From the NCBI GenBank assembly GCA_023213395.1, contig CM041465.1, positions 187,681,741-187,745,740 on the forward strand: DNA of 64,000 bases, read 5' to 3'. Source of the stretch: Cycas panzhihuaensis. Taxonomy: Eukaryota > Plantae > Cycadophyta. The first letter of the stretch is position 1; each line of letters starts with the position of its first letter. The translations under genes and the position numbers were made by a program. Below are positions 1 through 14,312 of this stretch, piece by piece. Below the pieces are notes generated by a model. That model saw only the letters and a program-made list of their open reading frames with translations. It made no database searches and was not told where the DNA came from.

Positions 1-3000
1 GCACAAAATCAACCTAAAGTTGGACAGACCACAAGCAAAACCAATATGGGCCAAATAGGAAAAGGAAATAGAACAAGGAAATACAAGTAGTTTCAAAGGA
101 AGATTTAAAACAAGAGGAGAATATCAAAGAAGAAGCTTCAAGAGTAATGATGGGGTGACAATGGAAAAGATCATCTTAGAGAAGTTTGGCCTCGATAAAT
201 CAAGGGATAAAAGAGGATGGATTTTATAGATGGAGACCTATTTCTTAGTTTACGCAATACCGAAACACAAACAAGTATCCTTGGCATCATTACATTTGCA
301 TGGTTGGGCCTTGAAATGGTATTCATGGTGGCTTCGAATAAGTGGGAAACAAGCAGAAAGTTGGCACAACATGAAGCATGGGCTCATAACCCAATATGAA
401 GATTCATGGAGTACGGACTATTTTGCCCAGTTGACAAGGTTACAACAAACAAGCTTAGTCCAGGAGTTTACCAAACAATTTCAAGTGTTACAACGTCTAA
501 TTCTGTTAGCATACATTAGCGGATTGAAACCTCCAATAAGATATTGTCTAAAAGCAACTGAGGTACCAACATTGGATTCAGCAATCAAGATAGCGAGATG
601 CATGGAAGCCGAACTGCGGGAAACTAGACCTACATTCACACGCAGAATGAAAAGCTCGCAGGGATTTAACCCAAATTAGAATAGGTTAGGAACCAAAGTT
701 GGGGCCCCATTAGCAGTTAGAAATAATCAAGAGACGACAATGAAGGAAGAACATATGAAGAAAGGAATTTGTTTCAAATGTGGTGCGAAGTAGAACTGCG
801 AACATCAATGCATTGAGAAGAAGATATACATGATTAATACCGAAAATATGACAATATAGGAGGAAGAAGAAGTGCTTGGGGAAATTCACGAAGAAGTCAA
901 AGAAAAGTCAGACAAAGATGAAGTAGATGAACTATTGGAGCTAGATATAGAAAATGTACACATATCACTCCAAGCAATTGCAGGACAAAGTGTTACCCCA
1001 TAAACACTCTGTTTCCAAGGGATGATCAAAGGGGTGCCTGTTGCAATACTAGTCGATAGTGGCAGTACACACAACTTTGTAAACACGGCAACTACAAAGA
1101 AGCTTGGGAAAATAGAACCAATAAACACATTCCAAGTATTAATCGCAAATGGGAAAATAGCACTATGTGGAGGGTTCTACAAAAAAATCAATTTACAAAT
1201 GGGTGAATATTCCACAAACACATGCATGCTCGCAATGCAAATCAGTGGCATGGGACACAGTATTGAGAATTCAGTGGCTTCAAACTCTAGGTAATGTAGT
1301 CACTAATTATATGACCAGATTTATGTGCTTTCGCCAGAGAGGACATAAATACAAATTGCAGGCACCAACAACGCCACCAATACAACTGGTTTCATCATAC
1401 CGAATGGAGAAGCTCCTTAGAGAAAACCCATCAACATACATTATGACATGCTATAAGGTTGAAATTGAGGATATTCCACCAGAGGTTCAATAAATTATAG
1501 AAGAATACAAGACAGTGTTCGACAAACTGAAAGGGCTACCACCTCTTTGGCAAAATCAGCATGCAATTGAACTTGTACCAAGTGCGGCGCCAGTCAACAT
1601 TGGACCATATAGGCATCTGTATCATTTATGGAAAGAGATTGAGAAAATCACAAGCGAACTACTATCCCAAGGGAGTATTACCACCATCACAAGCCCATTT
1701 GCAATCCCAGTTGTTATCAGTCCAAAGAAGGATGGCTCATATAGAATGTGTGTGGACTACCAAGGTCTCAATCAACTAACAGTTAAGAACAGATATCCAA
1801 TCCCGCGCATTGACGATTTGTTGGACGAAATCCATGGAGCAAAGTACTTCTCAAAAATTGACTTACATTCATGGTATCATCAAATGCAGATAAGAGAAAA
1901 AGACATGTATATGACAACATTCAAAATGTATGAAGGCCTATTCGAATTTAGGGTAATGTTGTTTGGATTAACGAACATGACGGCAACTTTTCAAAGCACC
2001 ATGAACAATACCTTCAGGCAAGTGTTACCCAAATTTGTGTTAATTTTTTTTGATGATATCTTAATCTACAATATAACATGGGAGGAGCACCTAGAACACT
2101 TTAAAATCATTTTCGAAATTCTGCGTGATAATCCATTCTTTGCCAACAAGAAGAAATGTTCATTTACTAAGGAAGAAGTAGAATACTTAGGCCACATCAT
2201 AACTAGAGAAGGCATAAGGATTGACCCAAAGAAGATACAAGCAATTGTCAATTGGCCAACCCCAACAAGTGTTACAGCAGTTCGAGGGATTTTGGGGACA
2301 GCAGGATTTGTTAGGAAGTTCATAAAGGATTATGCACACCTGGCAGCTCCACTCACAGACTTAACCAAGAAATACATGTTTGCCTAGAACTTGAAAGCAG
2401 AGGAAGCTTTTGGTGATCTTAAGAAAGCCATGGCAATAGCCCCAGTCTTAGCAACACCCAATTTTTCAAAATTGTTTGTATTGGAGTGTGATGCATTAGG
2501 ATTTGGAATAGGGACAGTCTTACTCCAAGATGAACAACCAATAGCTTATGAGAGTCAAAAGTTGAATAACAGAGAAAAACTCAAACAAATTTATGACAAG
2601 GAGATGCTCGCAATCATGCATGCCATCCAATAATGGCGACATTATCTACTAGGGAATTCATTTCAAGTGTGCACAGATCATGATAGTCTGAAATACTTCC
2701 TTAGACGGAAGACATTGTCCGATGAGCAACAAAAATGGGTCAGTAAGTTGCAGAATTTTGACTTCATGATAGTATATAAGAAAGGCAAAGAGAATATTAT
2801 AGCTGATACATTATCACGAATCCCAGACGAAACAAAGGAAGGACCTTCATTACAGTTGATATCAACAATTATGCCCTCATGGCTAAAATCCATAACTGAA
2901 TATATGGTAGATCCAAGATACCAAAAACTCCTAGATAACATCAAGGGAAGAGATTCAGATAGATACTAGAAAAAGGGCAATTTGATTCTTATGAACAACA

Positions 3001-4871
3001 AAATTTGTATTCCCAAAGATTCCAAATTAAAGGGAATTATATTGCAAGAAGCACATTCGGTCCCAGAAGTAGGCCAAACTGGTATAGACAAGACATATCA
3101 GAAGATAAAAGCATCATACTTTTAGAAGGGATTGAAATTAGACATCCAAAAATTCATGACAGAATGCGATACTTGTCAACGAAACAAGGTAGAATGTGTA
3201 AAGACCCTAGGTCTACTACAACCCCTACTAATTCCCAACCAAAAGTGGGAAGAAATTTCAATGGATTTTATTACAAGTCTTCCAAAATCAGAAGGTAAAG
3301 ATGCTATCTTTGTCACAGTCAATAGATTAACAAAATATAGTTATTTTCGAGGTCTACAATCAATGACAAAGGTAATTGATGTTGCAGAACTATATATGAA
3401 AGAAATCCATAGATTACACGGGTTTTCTAAAACTATTGTAAGCGATAAGGACCCAAAATTCACTAGCACATTTTGGAAGGACTTATTCAGAATTGTAAGA
3501 ACGAAATTGCACATGAGCACGACTTATCATCCTCAAATAGATGGACAGACGAAGATAATCAATAAATGTCTGGAAGGCTATTTGAGGAATTTTTGCTCGG
3601 ATAAACAAAACGAGTGGCACAAGTGGTTGCACTTAGCGGAGTGGTGGTATAATACAATATACCACTCTTCCACCAAGATGACACCCTTTCAGGCTCTTTA
3701 CAGATACCAACCACCATCTCTATTGACATAGAATAGATCATCATAGGTTCAGGCTATTCAAGAACACCAAAAGTAGATGGAAGACACTATTAGAATTCTT
3801 AAGGATAATTTGGCAATGGCAAGGAACAGAATGAAACAGCAAGTAGATGTGCAACGATCCGAAAGGAACTTCCAGAAGGACGACGAGGTTTTCCTCTAGT
3901 TGCAACCATACAAATAGACGTCATTGAGTAAGACAAATACACAAAAGCTCACTCCTTGATATTTTGGACCATACTAAGTACTTGACAAAATTGTGGAAGT
4001 AGCCTATAAACTTAAGGTACCGACAACAAGCAAGATCCATGACACTTTTCATGTTTCATGCTTGAAGAAAAAGATCGGTGACAAAATAGTACAATAAACA
4101 TCCTTTCCAAAACTCAATGAAGAAGGAAAGATTATACAAGAACCAAAAGGGATACTCCAAATTTGCACTAGGCAACTTCGAACAAGACAAGTCTGAGAGT
4201 ACCTCATAAAGTGGCACACGTTGGATGCAGAAGATGTGACATGGGAGTCAGACGAGTGGATACAACAATTTCCAAAACTACCAATGCTTTGAGGGAAACA
4301 CATTTTTTCAAGGGGGGCGGGGGGGGACTTGTTGCATTCTAGGAAAACCCTCTCTTTAGGGGCCTGTCAGCTGACTTAAACCCCAAATATGAGCATAGGA
4401 ATTTTGGATGACTCGTAAGTCTGCCTTTTGGTTGATTTCATTCATGGTTCACTTCCAGTGAACTCTCCCAGTTCTGGCCGACTTCAAGCTAGATATAATT
4501 TACCATTATATATAGGGATCAAAGCCCTCATTCTAACATCATCATTTTGGTTGGATCTCTTCCATATTTTCAGCTCTAGGGCTGCAGTTGGCTCAGCTTT
4601 TTGGCCTGAGATACTTGGAGGATTCCCGCCTCGAAGAGCTAAGCACTTAGTAAGGACATTCTATTGTATATTTTTATACTTTTCAGTATTATTTTGGACA
4701 ATATATTTACCTTTTATTGGTACTATTTCCATTAATTTACTCTAGTGTATAAGATGTATTTCTAGTATTCATATTTATTTGAGGTTGATAAGATCTATAT
4801 GAGCATATGTTAGATCGATATCTGTGAATTTTTTGTGCTATTTCTGAGATAAGATAAAAGTTTCTGCTACA
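1..4871 (+). mobile_element. Ty3/gypsy chromovirus-type (Reina/IFG-like) LTR retrotransposon, degenerate; 5' end lies outside the window
   Basis: Domains in gypsy order: gag (217-679), protease ILVDSGSTHNF (~1046), RT (1515-2387, LIFFDDILIY), RNase H ([17 protein letters not shown]), integrase (CDTCQRNK, ISMDFIT, VSDKDPKF), chromodomain-like EYLIKW..DVTWE (~4195-4245). G-rich PPT ~4310-4327, then the LTR. Many stops and frameshifts. Confidence 0.95.
4330..4871 (+). repeat. 3' LTR of the first gypsy element
   Basis: Starts TGTTGCA right after the polypurine tract and ends TGCTACA (imperfect terminal inverted repeat). Internal TATA-like tatatatag. Confidence 0.75.
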
Positions 4872-5478
4872 CAAACCCTACACACTTCTTCCTTCCCAAC
4901 ATCTCTCCTAACCTCCAACTCCCCTTGTTACCCCTTAATTTCTATATGAACTTTCATATTCCACCTATACCCTTGACATATTTTTCTTATGTCTAACTCT
5001 AAACTCCTTGATTATACAATATTTCTACCATGTTGACCAATCCAAACTTAACTTCTTATTCTTTTGTTTTGGCTATGCCTATTTAAATCACTCACACCTA
5101 TAAGATTCCAAATGTATTTTCTATTTAGTGGCCCTTGTTCACACTAACTTGTTTATCTTATATTCAACTCCCTATGAATGCCATATGGAAGTAGGATATA
5201 GGACCTCGAACAGGTTGAGTTCACAACACACAGGTCCTAGGCTCTTTCACATGGCAAATCCATTGCAAAAGTTTCCTAACGTGGGATATCATAAAAAATA
5301 GGAAGAGGATACCTACGTGTTGTTTTGAGAAGATGGCATAAAGATGGCCTAATCTCCTATGATATATTATCCTTAGTAGGTGATGGATTGAATAAGTGTG
5401 TACTTGTCCCACTTTTTGTGGGTAATACATGGAAAAATCAAATACTTTGAGGGCAAAGTATCCTAAGAAGTGGGGATT

Positions 5479-6060
5479 TGTTATCTACCTAGCCCTCCTA
5501 ATAGACCAAGGTGCACTTAAAAATATAAATTTTGAAATTATTGTCTTGGAATAAATGGAATCGATTTATGGAACATGGATTGTAATGTGGAACTTTTCAT
5601 TGGCTTCAAAATGAGTAATTGTAGGTTCCAAGCAGACATCATATGAGGAAGTTATGCCAATTTGGAGTTTGTAGTTCTAAATATAGATTATTGGAAACCA
5701 AATTTACTTTAATTTATTAATTTTTGACAATTTTAGCCTAAGATATTGTGGGTTTTTGGTAGGAATTAGATGTGTAACCATATGTAAGGAGTAGTTGTGT
5801 TATTTAGAAGGTTAGGCTTTTGGATTTTATCTATTTTTTTTATTATTTTGAGAGGAGGTTTATTTTGAGAGGTTTCATTGCCTCGAAAAGAACTCTTATG
5901 GAAGGTTTATAATAGAGATAAGTTTCATTATTGAATGCTATTTTTTTTGTGCATTGCTATGTTCAAAATCATATCAATACATTTTATTTTCAATGTAATT
6001 TGGAGTGGTTGCTTTCATCTGTTTTTATTTGGTAGTAGTTGAATATTTTTGTTATTATCT
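5479..6060 (+). repeat. Probable LTR remnant of a related gypsy element
   Basis: Preceded by gagggcaaagtatcctaagaagtggggatt, which resembles the integrase-end/PPT junction at ~4290-4329, and begins TGTTATC. The 3' border is not defined. Confidence 0.35.
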
Positions 6061-6070
6061 ACTATTGGAA

Positions 6071-8996
6071 TTAGTGAGCAATGTCATGGGGACAACCACA
6101 TAAAACTAAGCAAAACATATATGTTCCACCATTCACGTGAGAAAATAAGGGCAAATCCATTGATAATAAGGGATCAAACAAGCAGATAACTAGGGACCAC
6201 AACCTTAGGAAACCAACATTGCAATAGTCCAAGGCAAAACAAGGTGAATCTGGGAGGGTCTTTGTTTTAGATTTAGATAAAAGTGGGGATCTATACATAA
6301 GTGCACTATGAATCAACTATATTAATCGAATTAGAACCAATAGAAGAACAAAAAGATGATGAACTTGAATTAGAATTAGGATGCTTATAAGAAACCCCAA
6401 ATATAGAGAAAGATCATCTTCAAATGTCATTTTCAACAATGTTTGGCCTAAGAAGACCCAACACACTTGAGTTGTGAGGATGCATCAAGAAGTAACCAAT
6501 AATGATCTTAATTGATCTAGGGAGCTCCCATAACTTCATGGACTAGTTTACAACACAATGACTATAATTGTTTCCAACAAGGATACCTAAGTTCCATGCA
6601 TACATTGTTTGTGGACAAGCAATTTCTAGCCAGGGTAATTTCATAAACCTAAATTTAAAAATAGTAGAGACAACCTCAAATGAATATTTTTTTGTCATTG
6701 ACGTAGGTGGAGTAAACATAGTCTTAGGATGTCAATGGTTGGGAACACTTGGAACCTTTGGAATGAATGTAGATGAACTCTTCACGAGGCATGTTATGAG
6801 GGGAAATTGGTCACAATTGTAATGGCAAGGGCTAGTAGAAAGAAAATTTGTGTTGTTACATTGGATGGAAAAGCTCGTTCATATGGGACACATTGGTTTT
6901 GTAGCTCAATTGTTCTCACTACAAGTAGAAGTAGGGGAAGAAGTTAAGAATGAGTCACTAGTGCAAGAAATGAGCGATACATATGAGGAAGACTTCCAGG
7001 AGCTTCTATTAGGACTATCGACAAATAATGGAATGGAGCACATGTTCATGTTAGAGCACAACACTAATCCAATAATGATTAAACCTCATAAATATCTACA
7101 TCATTATAGGAAAAAGATAAAGAACATAATGCAAAAGCTATTGGACCATGGAGTGATAGTGCCCATCAAACGTTCTTTTGCAACAACTATAATGTTACTT
7201 ACGAAAAAAGTTGGATAATTCTGCATGTGTATCAACTATTGAGTTCTCAACAAGGCAATAATAAAAAATTCTTGCCTAATTCCAAGGATTGGCTAGTTGC
7301 TAGACAAGTTGTATGGAACTAAGTGCTTTATAAAAATCGATCTTCATTTAGGTTATCACCATATTTGGATCATAGAGGAAGGCAAACCAAAAACCACCTT
7401 TTGTACTCATCATGGTCATTATGAATTAAAAGTGATGCCTTGTGCTATCATGAATACCTCAACAACATTCTAAGCGATGATGGACAAGGTTTTGGTTTTG
7501 TTCTTATAGGAAATTAAGTGGTCATATTATTTCTAGTGAAGGAGTCAAGGTTGATCTAGAAAATACCAAGGTAATTCTTGAGTGTCTCACAATTAAGAGT
7601 ATCACCAAGGTAAGAAGATTCTTAGGGATCATGGATTATTATCGATAATTTGTAAAGAACTATGTACGATGGACATCTATCTTTACAAATCTCTTAAAGG
7701 AAGGCTCTTTTTAGTGGAGTGCACAAGTAGAAGAAGGTTTCCAATAATTGAAGTTATGGCAATGTTACCAATACTAACATCCCTAGATTTCCATAAGCTT
7801 TTTGTCCTTTTGGTGTGATGCTTCTAGAATAGGTATTAGGGTTGTATTAATATAGGAAGGCCTATTACGTTTGAGAGTAGGAAACTAAACATTAGAGAGA
7901 GACTCCATTGGGCATACGACAAATAAATGCTACCTATAATAAATGCCCTATATAAATGGCCATAGTATTTTTTAGGAAGCAAATTTTTATTCAAAATGTA
8001 TTACAATAGACTCTAGTACCTTTTAAAACAAAAAGAATTGCCCCTTGAATGATAAAAATGGATTAATAAAAGACAAGCTTATGACTTCAAAATTTTCTAC
8101 AAGAATGGCAAACTAAGTGTTGTGGATGATGCACTCTTTGAAAGAGAAGAACAACAATAATGTGTAGTAACTATGGTCACACTTAGTTGGGTAACTAATC
8201 TCCAAGAATAATATGCAAAGATTTCCAAAACACAAGAATTAATTATAGAAATACAAGAAGGCATGCATGACAATTTTGAATCGAGAAATGATCTCATCTA
8301 GTACAAGGGATCTTCTTAGGCGTGGACTTGAAGTTCAAGACAAAAATTAGGGAAGAGTGTCATTTGGTACTAATGGCAAGCCATACTATAATTTTCAAAA
8401 CATATATCATGAGTAGAGAATCATTCTTTTAAAAGGGCATGAAAAAGGACATTTAAAATACCTAGTAGAATGTTCAATTTGTTAAGCAAATAAGTACAAG
8501 AATGTATCTCCACTAGGTCTATTGCAACCACTACCCATTAGTGTTAGCATGGACTTTGTGATATGATTGCCTATATCACAAGGTAAGGATTTAAATTTTG
8601 TAATAGTTGATAGATTAACAAATGTTTCCCATTTTATTGCCATATTATCTGGCTATAAGCCCCCCCAGATTGTGAAGGTATTCGTGAAAGAGATACATAG
8701 ACCACTTGGGTTATCCCACATAATTATTTATGATCAAGACCCTAAATTCACAAGTCATTTATGGCAAGAACTATTTAAACAAGTAGGAACTACAATATCC
8801 ATGAGTACTAGTTATCACTTGCAAACATACAACTAGACATAAGTGGTCAACAAATGCCTGGAAAATTATTGAAAGAATTATATCATTAATAAAAAAGGCA
8901 CGTATGTCAAATGGTTACATCTTGTAGAAGCTTGGAATAATTTCACATACCACTAAGCCATCCAAATGTCCCCATTTAGGGCATTCTATGGTTATG
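6071..8996 (+). mobile_element. Highly degenerate Ty3/gypsy pol remnant (protease-RT-RNaseH-integrase), 3'-truncated
   Basis: MILIDLGSSHNFM (~6502), IVLGCQWL, RT fragments (KIDLHLGYH ~7330), RNase H CDAS-like (~7815), integrase 8567-8990 (VIVDRLT, DQDPKFTSHLWQELFK). Collinear with the element at 1-4871. Confidence 0.88.
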
Positions 8997-9058
8997 ACAG
9001 TAAATTAAACCTAATTGTGATAAAGTTTGATGTTTACCTTTTTGGAATTTCTAAGTCA

Positions 9059-9111
<53 letters not shown>

Positions 9112-9696
9112 CACATTCTTGTGCAAGCTTGAATTAAATAAATAGCTAATGATATGGTACAAATAGTCAAGTGATATCTATATGTATACAAGAAATTTGT
9201 TGAAAGAAAGAGGCATGCATGTTTGGATATATGGCATTATGTACATCAATTTTGAACAAGAATTAACTCATTAAGAAAGGCCACAAGAATTAATGGGATT
9301 TATTAGCCAAAACATTTAAATTACAGTAAATTAGACCTATTTGTGGTAAAGTTTGACGTTTATCTTTTTGGCATTTCTAAGTCAGGATATATATATATAT
9401 ATATATATATATGGGGAATCACATTCTTGTGCAAGCTTGAATTAAATAAATAGCTAATGATATGCTACCAATAGTCATGTGATACCTATATGCATACAAG
9501 AAATTTGTTGAAAGAAAGAGGCATGCATGTTTGGATATATGGCATTATGTACATCGATTTTGAACAAGAATTAACTCATTAAGAAAGGCCACAAGAATTA
9601 ATGGGATTTATTAACCAAAACATTTAAATGACAGTAAATTAGACCTATTTGTGATAAAATTTGACGATTACCTTTTTGGCATTTCTAAGTCAGGAT
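8997..9696. repeat. Tandem duplication, ~310-325 bp unit x 2.2, with an embedded (AT)n
   Basis: Units start acagtaaatta at 8997, 9323 and 9631. (AT)24 at 9061-9108, (AT)13 at 9387-9412, none in the third partial copy. Confidence 0.9.
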
Positions 9697-9769
9697 CAAA
9701 ACATTTTGGTCCACTCCTAAACATTTTGATCCTAATTAAGGTAGTATATTTTTCACATTAATTGATAGA

Positions 9770-10467
9770 TTTCAAATCTCAATATTTGTAATTTAATGCT
9801 TTGGAATAACACAGTGTATAAATAGCAATGGCTAAGGATCAAATGTAGAAATTGTTCATGAAAGATTTAAAATGTGATGTATATATGAGGTGCCATGGCA
9901 TTGGGTATGCCATAGCTGAAGCTATCTGGAATCACTTGCATGCTTGAGTTTCTAGTTATTGGGGTCATTTTGTGTTTCAACATACCATAGTAACAACAAT
10001 AATTTTTGTGTGTCTTTTAATTTTAAACATTAGTATTTTATTAGTGAAATGCTAGAAATATATGAGACACATAGAATTGTTCTATACATCCCATCCCTTT
10101 TGCAATCCGAGTTCAAGTACTATTGTTGTATTTTTAACATAAATTTTGAAGAGTGAAAAACCATTATATGTATATGATATACAAATTGGGACAAATAGTT
10201 TTAGTTTTGAATGTGAGTTTTCATGCCATGGTTAGTCTCATCAAGGGGAAAAAGAAAATCTTCAACCATGTGGAGTAGGAGGAGTGAAGCCATTGCATTA
10301 GCTAGAGAGTATCTGGCTGAGATGTTCTTTCCATTACAGGATCCCTTGGGGAAGCAAGGACCAACATCACATTTCCTAGTGAAACAAGACAACCTGTGCT
10401 TGGAGAAGGACTTGGGGTTGTTATATTGATCATCATTAGAAAAGTTTGGGTGTTTAAGGTTGATTCT
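9770..10467 (-). pseudogene. Subtilisin-like serine protease (SBT2/ALE1-type) pseudogene, 3' portion
   Basis: 10467->10225 reads (I)NLKHPNFS...CDVGPCFPKGSCNGKNISARY...DFLFPLDETNHG (catalytic His region). 9974->9885 reads HKMTPITRNSSMQVIPDSFSYGIPNAMAPH (cf. HTASTAAGN..V..F.YG.ASGMAPRA). After an AG acceptor, IAIY at 9829->9818 (cf. RIAVYKA). Confidence 0.85.
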
Positions 10468-10805
10468 TGTTAGAATTAATAGTTACACTATTAGGGTTGT
10501 GGGTCCTAGCTAGTTACTAGTGACTTATTGGTTAGCTAGTGAGTCACATGGTTATCATTTAGTTGGTGACACATGTTTAAGAGTTACATTATGTATTTAA
10601 TAGGCATATAACAAGTGTCAAGGTAGTTATAGGTCGTTCATGGACCATTACCAGTCTCATTTGTATATATTTGTATTTGGCTTGTACATTATCATTTGAG
10701 TATTTAGAATGAATTTTTTTAAAAATGAAGGTAGAACAATTCTATCTAAAAATTTTAGAGTGTTTGCTTTTTCAATTTGGCTCCTCCCTAGTTCAATCAC
10801 TTACA
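10468..10805 (+). repeat. 5' LTR of copia A
   Basis: TGTTAGAATT...CACTTACA; aligns end to end with 36548-36881. Confidence 0.92.
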
Positions 10806-11172
10806 TTTGGTATTGAAGTAGGTTATTTCACAAATTGATGATCAAATTTTCAATCTGCGGAGTCTGCAAGGAACTAGTTTTGAATGGTTGCAAGGTGTAA
10901 GTTGAGGAGTTTGAGTTCATCTTGGATTTTTAATGTTGTGGAAATAAAAGAAAAAAAAATTGAGTTTTTGTGGAAAAATTGTAGAGATTGTTGGAAGTGA
11001 TCTACAAATTGTAAATTTTAGTGATTTTAGTCAGGGTGTTTGTCATTTTCTATGAGAAAAAAAGAAAAAAAAATCATGGGGCAAATTATTGTGGGCTATG
11101 AGTGTCATCTAGGGCATGATTTTGAGTAGGGTTTTTCAATTTTTACTAGGTTGCAAAATCTCTCCGGAGTTT

Positions 11173-11176
<4 letters not shown>

Positions 11177-11225
<49 letters not shown>

Positions 11226-11270
11226 CATATAGAAAGATAGATAGATAGATATAGATATAGATATATATAT
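11177..11270. repeat. Compound microsatellite (CT)n(AT)n(GATA)n
   Basis: Read directly; lies in the copia A leader. Confidence 0.95.
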
Positions 11271-14200
11271 CTCAAATCTCTGTGAGCAAAAACTCTCAAA
11301 TATTTTTGTGTTTCAAAGTTATCATAGTGGCTATGTTATCATTCGTGGTTCTAATGTCGATTCAAACAGAAACAAATGAAGAATGCTATGTTTTGAACAC
11401 AACAGGGTTTATGAATTGTGATTTGTGGCCATTTTTTCAACATTTTGATGAAGTAAAGTCTAGGGACATCATTTTTCTGTGGCAAAAGTTCATTGTAAGT
11501 TTTTCCAAGGCATAGTAGGTGTGAAAGGATTTAAATCCTAAATGAGTTAAAAGTTGGAATTTGTGAAGGCATGAATAAATCTAGGTTATTATGCCATATT
11601 CAAAGACGTCATTTGTAATTTTGGAGCCATAGGGTCCAAATGTCAAAGTTTGTGTGGTTCATATTTTTGTATCATGAAGGTCAAACAAACACTAAACAAG
11701 CTCGACACCAAATGTCATAACATGGTATGAACAGTGTGAAGTTTGAATCTTGTGGGAAGATGTAAGCTTGAACTTCGATGGATGCTGGAAAACTAGGGTT
11801 GAAGCACGCTCAATAAATTCAAAGCTCAAGAGATGATAGATCTTGAATGGAGAGCAGACATCAAGCTCAATCATTGTAGGACCAAGAGCATAAGAAGACA
11901 AAAAACCAATAAGAGGCCAATTGTTCGATTTAGCTAGTGGAATCAAATCAATTCAAATTCACATAAAAATTGGCAAAATCGTAAACATGTAGGTCAAATA
12001 TTTAAATTTGAAACTAAGGCAAAAATATTTTATTTTTTGTTTTCCTAAGTTGATGTTACATTAAGTTGTTTGTAATTTTTGTTTGAGATTAGTCATTAGC
12101 CCCCAAACGGGAACTCGTTAGGTCATATAGAGCATTAGGGTGTTAAAACCATTTGTGGCTTATTTAGTAGGTCCTTTTTAATTTTTGAAACACAACCATG
12201 TACTATTTTTAATTTTCTTTCATTCTACAGAGTTCATATGAAATAATTCTAGCTCCTTGCATGGTGTTCGAAGTCTTTAATTCATTTTTTCGACACTCTG
12301 TGAAGTGATCGAGGATATTAAAACACACAAAATAATAAAAAATTGTAGTGTGTGGTGGACCAAGACTATTTAGCACCCAATTTTGTGTGTGATTTGTAGA
12401 TTTTTTGTGCATTTTTTAGTTTTTCACATAAACATGCTAGGTGGGAACCTAACTCCTAGATAAATTGGTTAGTGTTGAAAACGATGGCACTTGGAAACAC
12501 TAGATGACCAATTTGCTATGGATGAATGGGTTGTGGCAGACTACGCAAGGTAAAGTGCCCATGCTAGAGGAAAAGATAGCCACCTTTTAGGAAAAGGTAG
12601 AGTTTGAGGCCAAAAATGACTTTGTTTTAGGGCTGATTAACATGTCTATTAGTGGAGCTTTGGTGGAGAATGCTAGAGGAGAGAAGGTACCTAAGGAAGC
12701 ATGAGAGGCCATTACATATGTCTTTCAGACAAAAAATGATGCAAGAATAATGATTTTAAAGAATCAATTGTAGTCTTAGAACGATAAGCTCAATGGTTGA
12801 GCATCTCCAAATGGTAAAGAGAATCATAAATCAATTGGAGAATGTTGAGGAGTTTGTCAATGAGTAGGTTTTGAAGGATGTTGTTATTTGGGAATTTGCT
12901 AGAGCAATCTTAATGAAATCAAAGGGGAAGAAACCCTTCATTTTGAAGAAGGAAACTCAACAACAGTAACATTCTGCTCAAAAGGGGTAACCAAAATTGT
13001 GCTATTACTACAAAAATTGGGCCATTTTAAAAGGGATTGGAGGAAGTGGTAGGTTGATCAAGAAAAGAAGGGTGAAAAGTGGAATCGAGGAAAGAAGTTA
13101 CAAGTAGGGCACTTTTTTGGACAATCAATTAGCTCAAGTGACAAGGAAAAAAAATTTCTTCATAGCAGTTTTACAGACAAGGTAGAAGGCATATGATGTT
13201 TGGTACATTGATTGAGGAGCTTCTAGGCACATGATATGTAGGTTTGAATGGTTTAGACGCACGTGGAAAGCTACTAAGTAGATAGTGACATTGGAAGACA
13301 ATAAAGTACTTAAGTCAGAGGGGATAGGAGAGGTCCATTCATTGAACTTGATGGGAAGGCTTACGACATTGAGGATGTGATATACATGCTAGGGCTGAAG
13401 AAGAATTTGATTTTTGTCAGCTAGATTGAAGATAACAATTTGAGTGTTTTCTTCAAGGATGGGAAGGCTACTATCAACAACTATCATGAAAAGGTTATTG
13501 TGAAAGGTGTTAGAGATGGTGGTGTTTATAGGCTCTTAGGCAAATTTGTAAACCAAAGAGAATTAATTGCTAATATCTTTTATAAACTTCAATTACGGCA
13601 TGAAAGAATGGGGCATATACACTATTCCTGTCTACATCTGATGCATAAATTAAATATGTATATGGTCTTCCAAAATTCAAACCAATGAACAATGTTTGTA
13701 AACCTTGTATCATGGAAAAACAACATAGGGAGAAATACTAGGAAGGCAAAGCTTGGAGAGCAACTGAAAAGTTGAGCCTTGTCCACTCAGATATTTGTGG
13801 TCCAATGCCAACCATTTCATTTGTAGATGCAAGATATTTTTTAACCTTCATCGATGACTTTTGAAGGAAGGTTTGGGTCCATCCCATTAAGGAGAAATTC
13901 CAAGTCTTAGACATTTTTGAAGAGTTCAAGGTGAAAGTGCAAAAGTTGTCAAAGATTAAAAATCTTCAGATCAGATAATGGGGGAGAATACACCTCTAAA
14001 GTCTTTGTCTAGTTTTGTAAGGACCATCGAATTAACAAGCAATTAGCGATAACATATATGCCTCAACAAAATGGAGTTGTTAAGAGGATGAATAGGACTT
14101 TAGTCCAAAAAGCCATGTTGATTATGAAAGTGAAAAATCTCTTAGAATTCTTTTGGGTTAAAATTGTTTGCATGGTACTCTATCTGACTAATAGGAGTTC

Positions 14201-14312
14201 GACAAAGGTTGTTTGGAATATGATACCAGAAGAAGTTTGGTTAGAGAGAAAGCCAACAATGAGGCATTTCAGAATCTTTGAGAGCACTACATATGTTAAC
14301 ATGGAAGATGAT

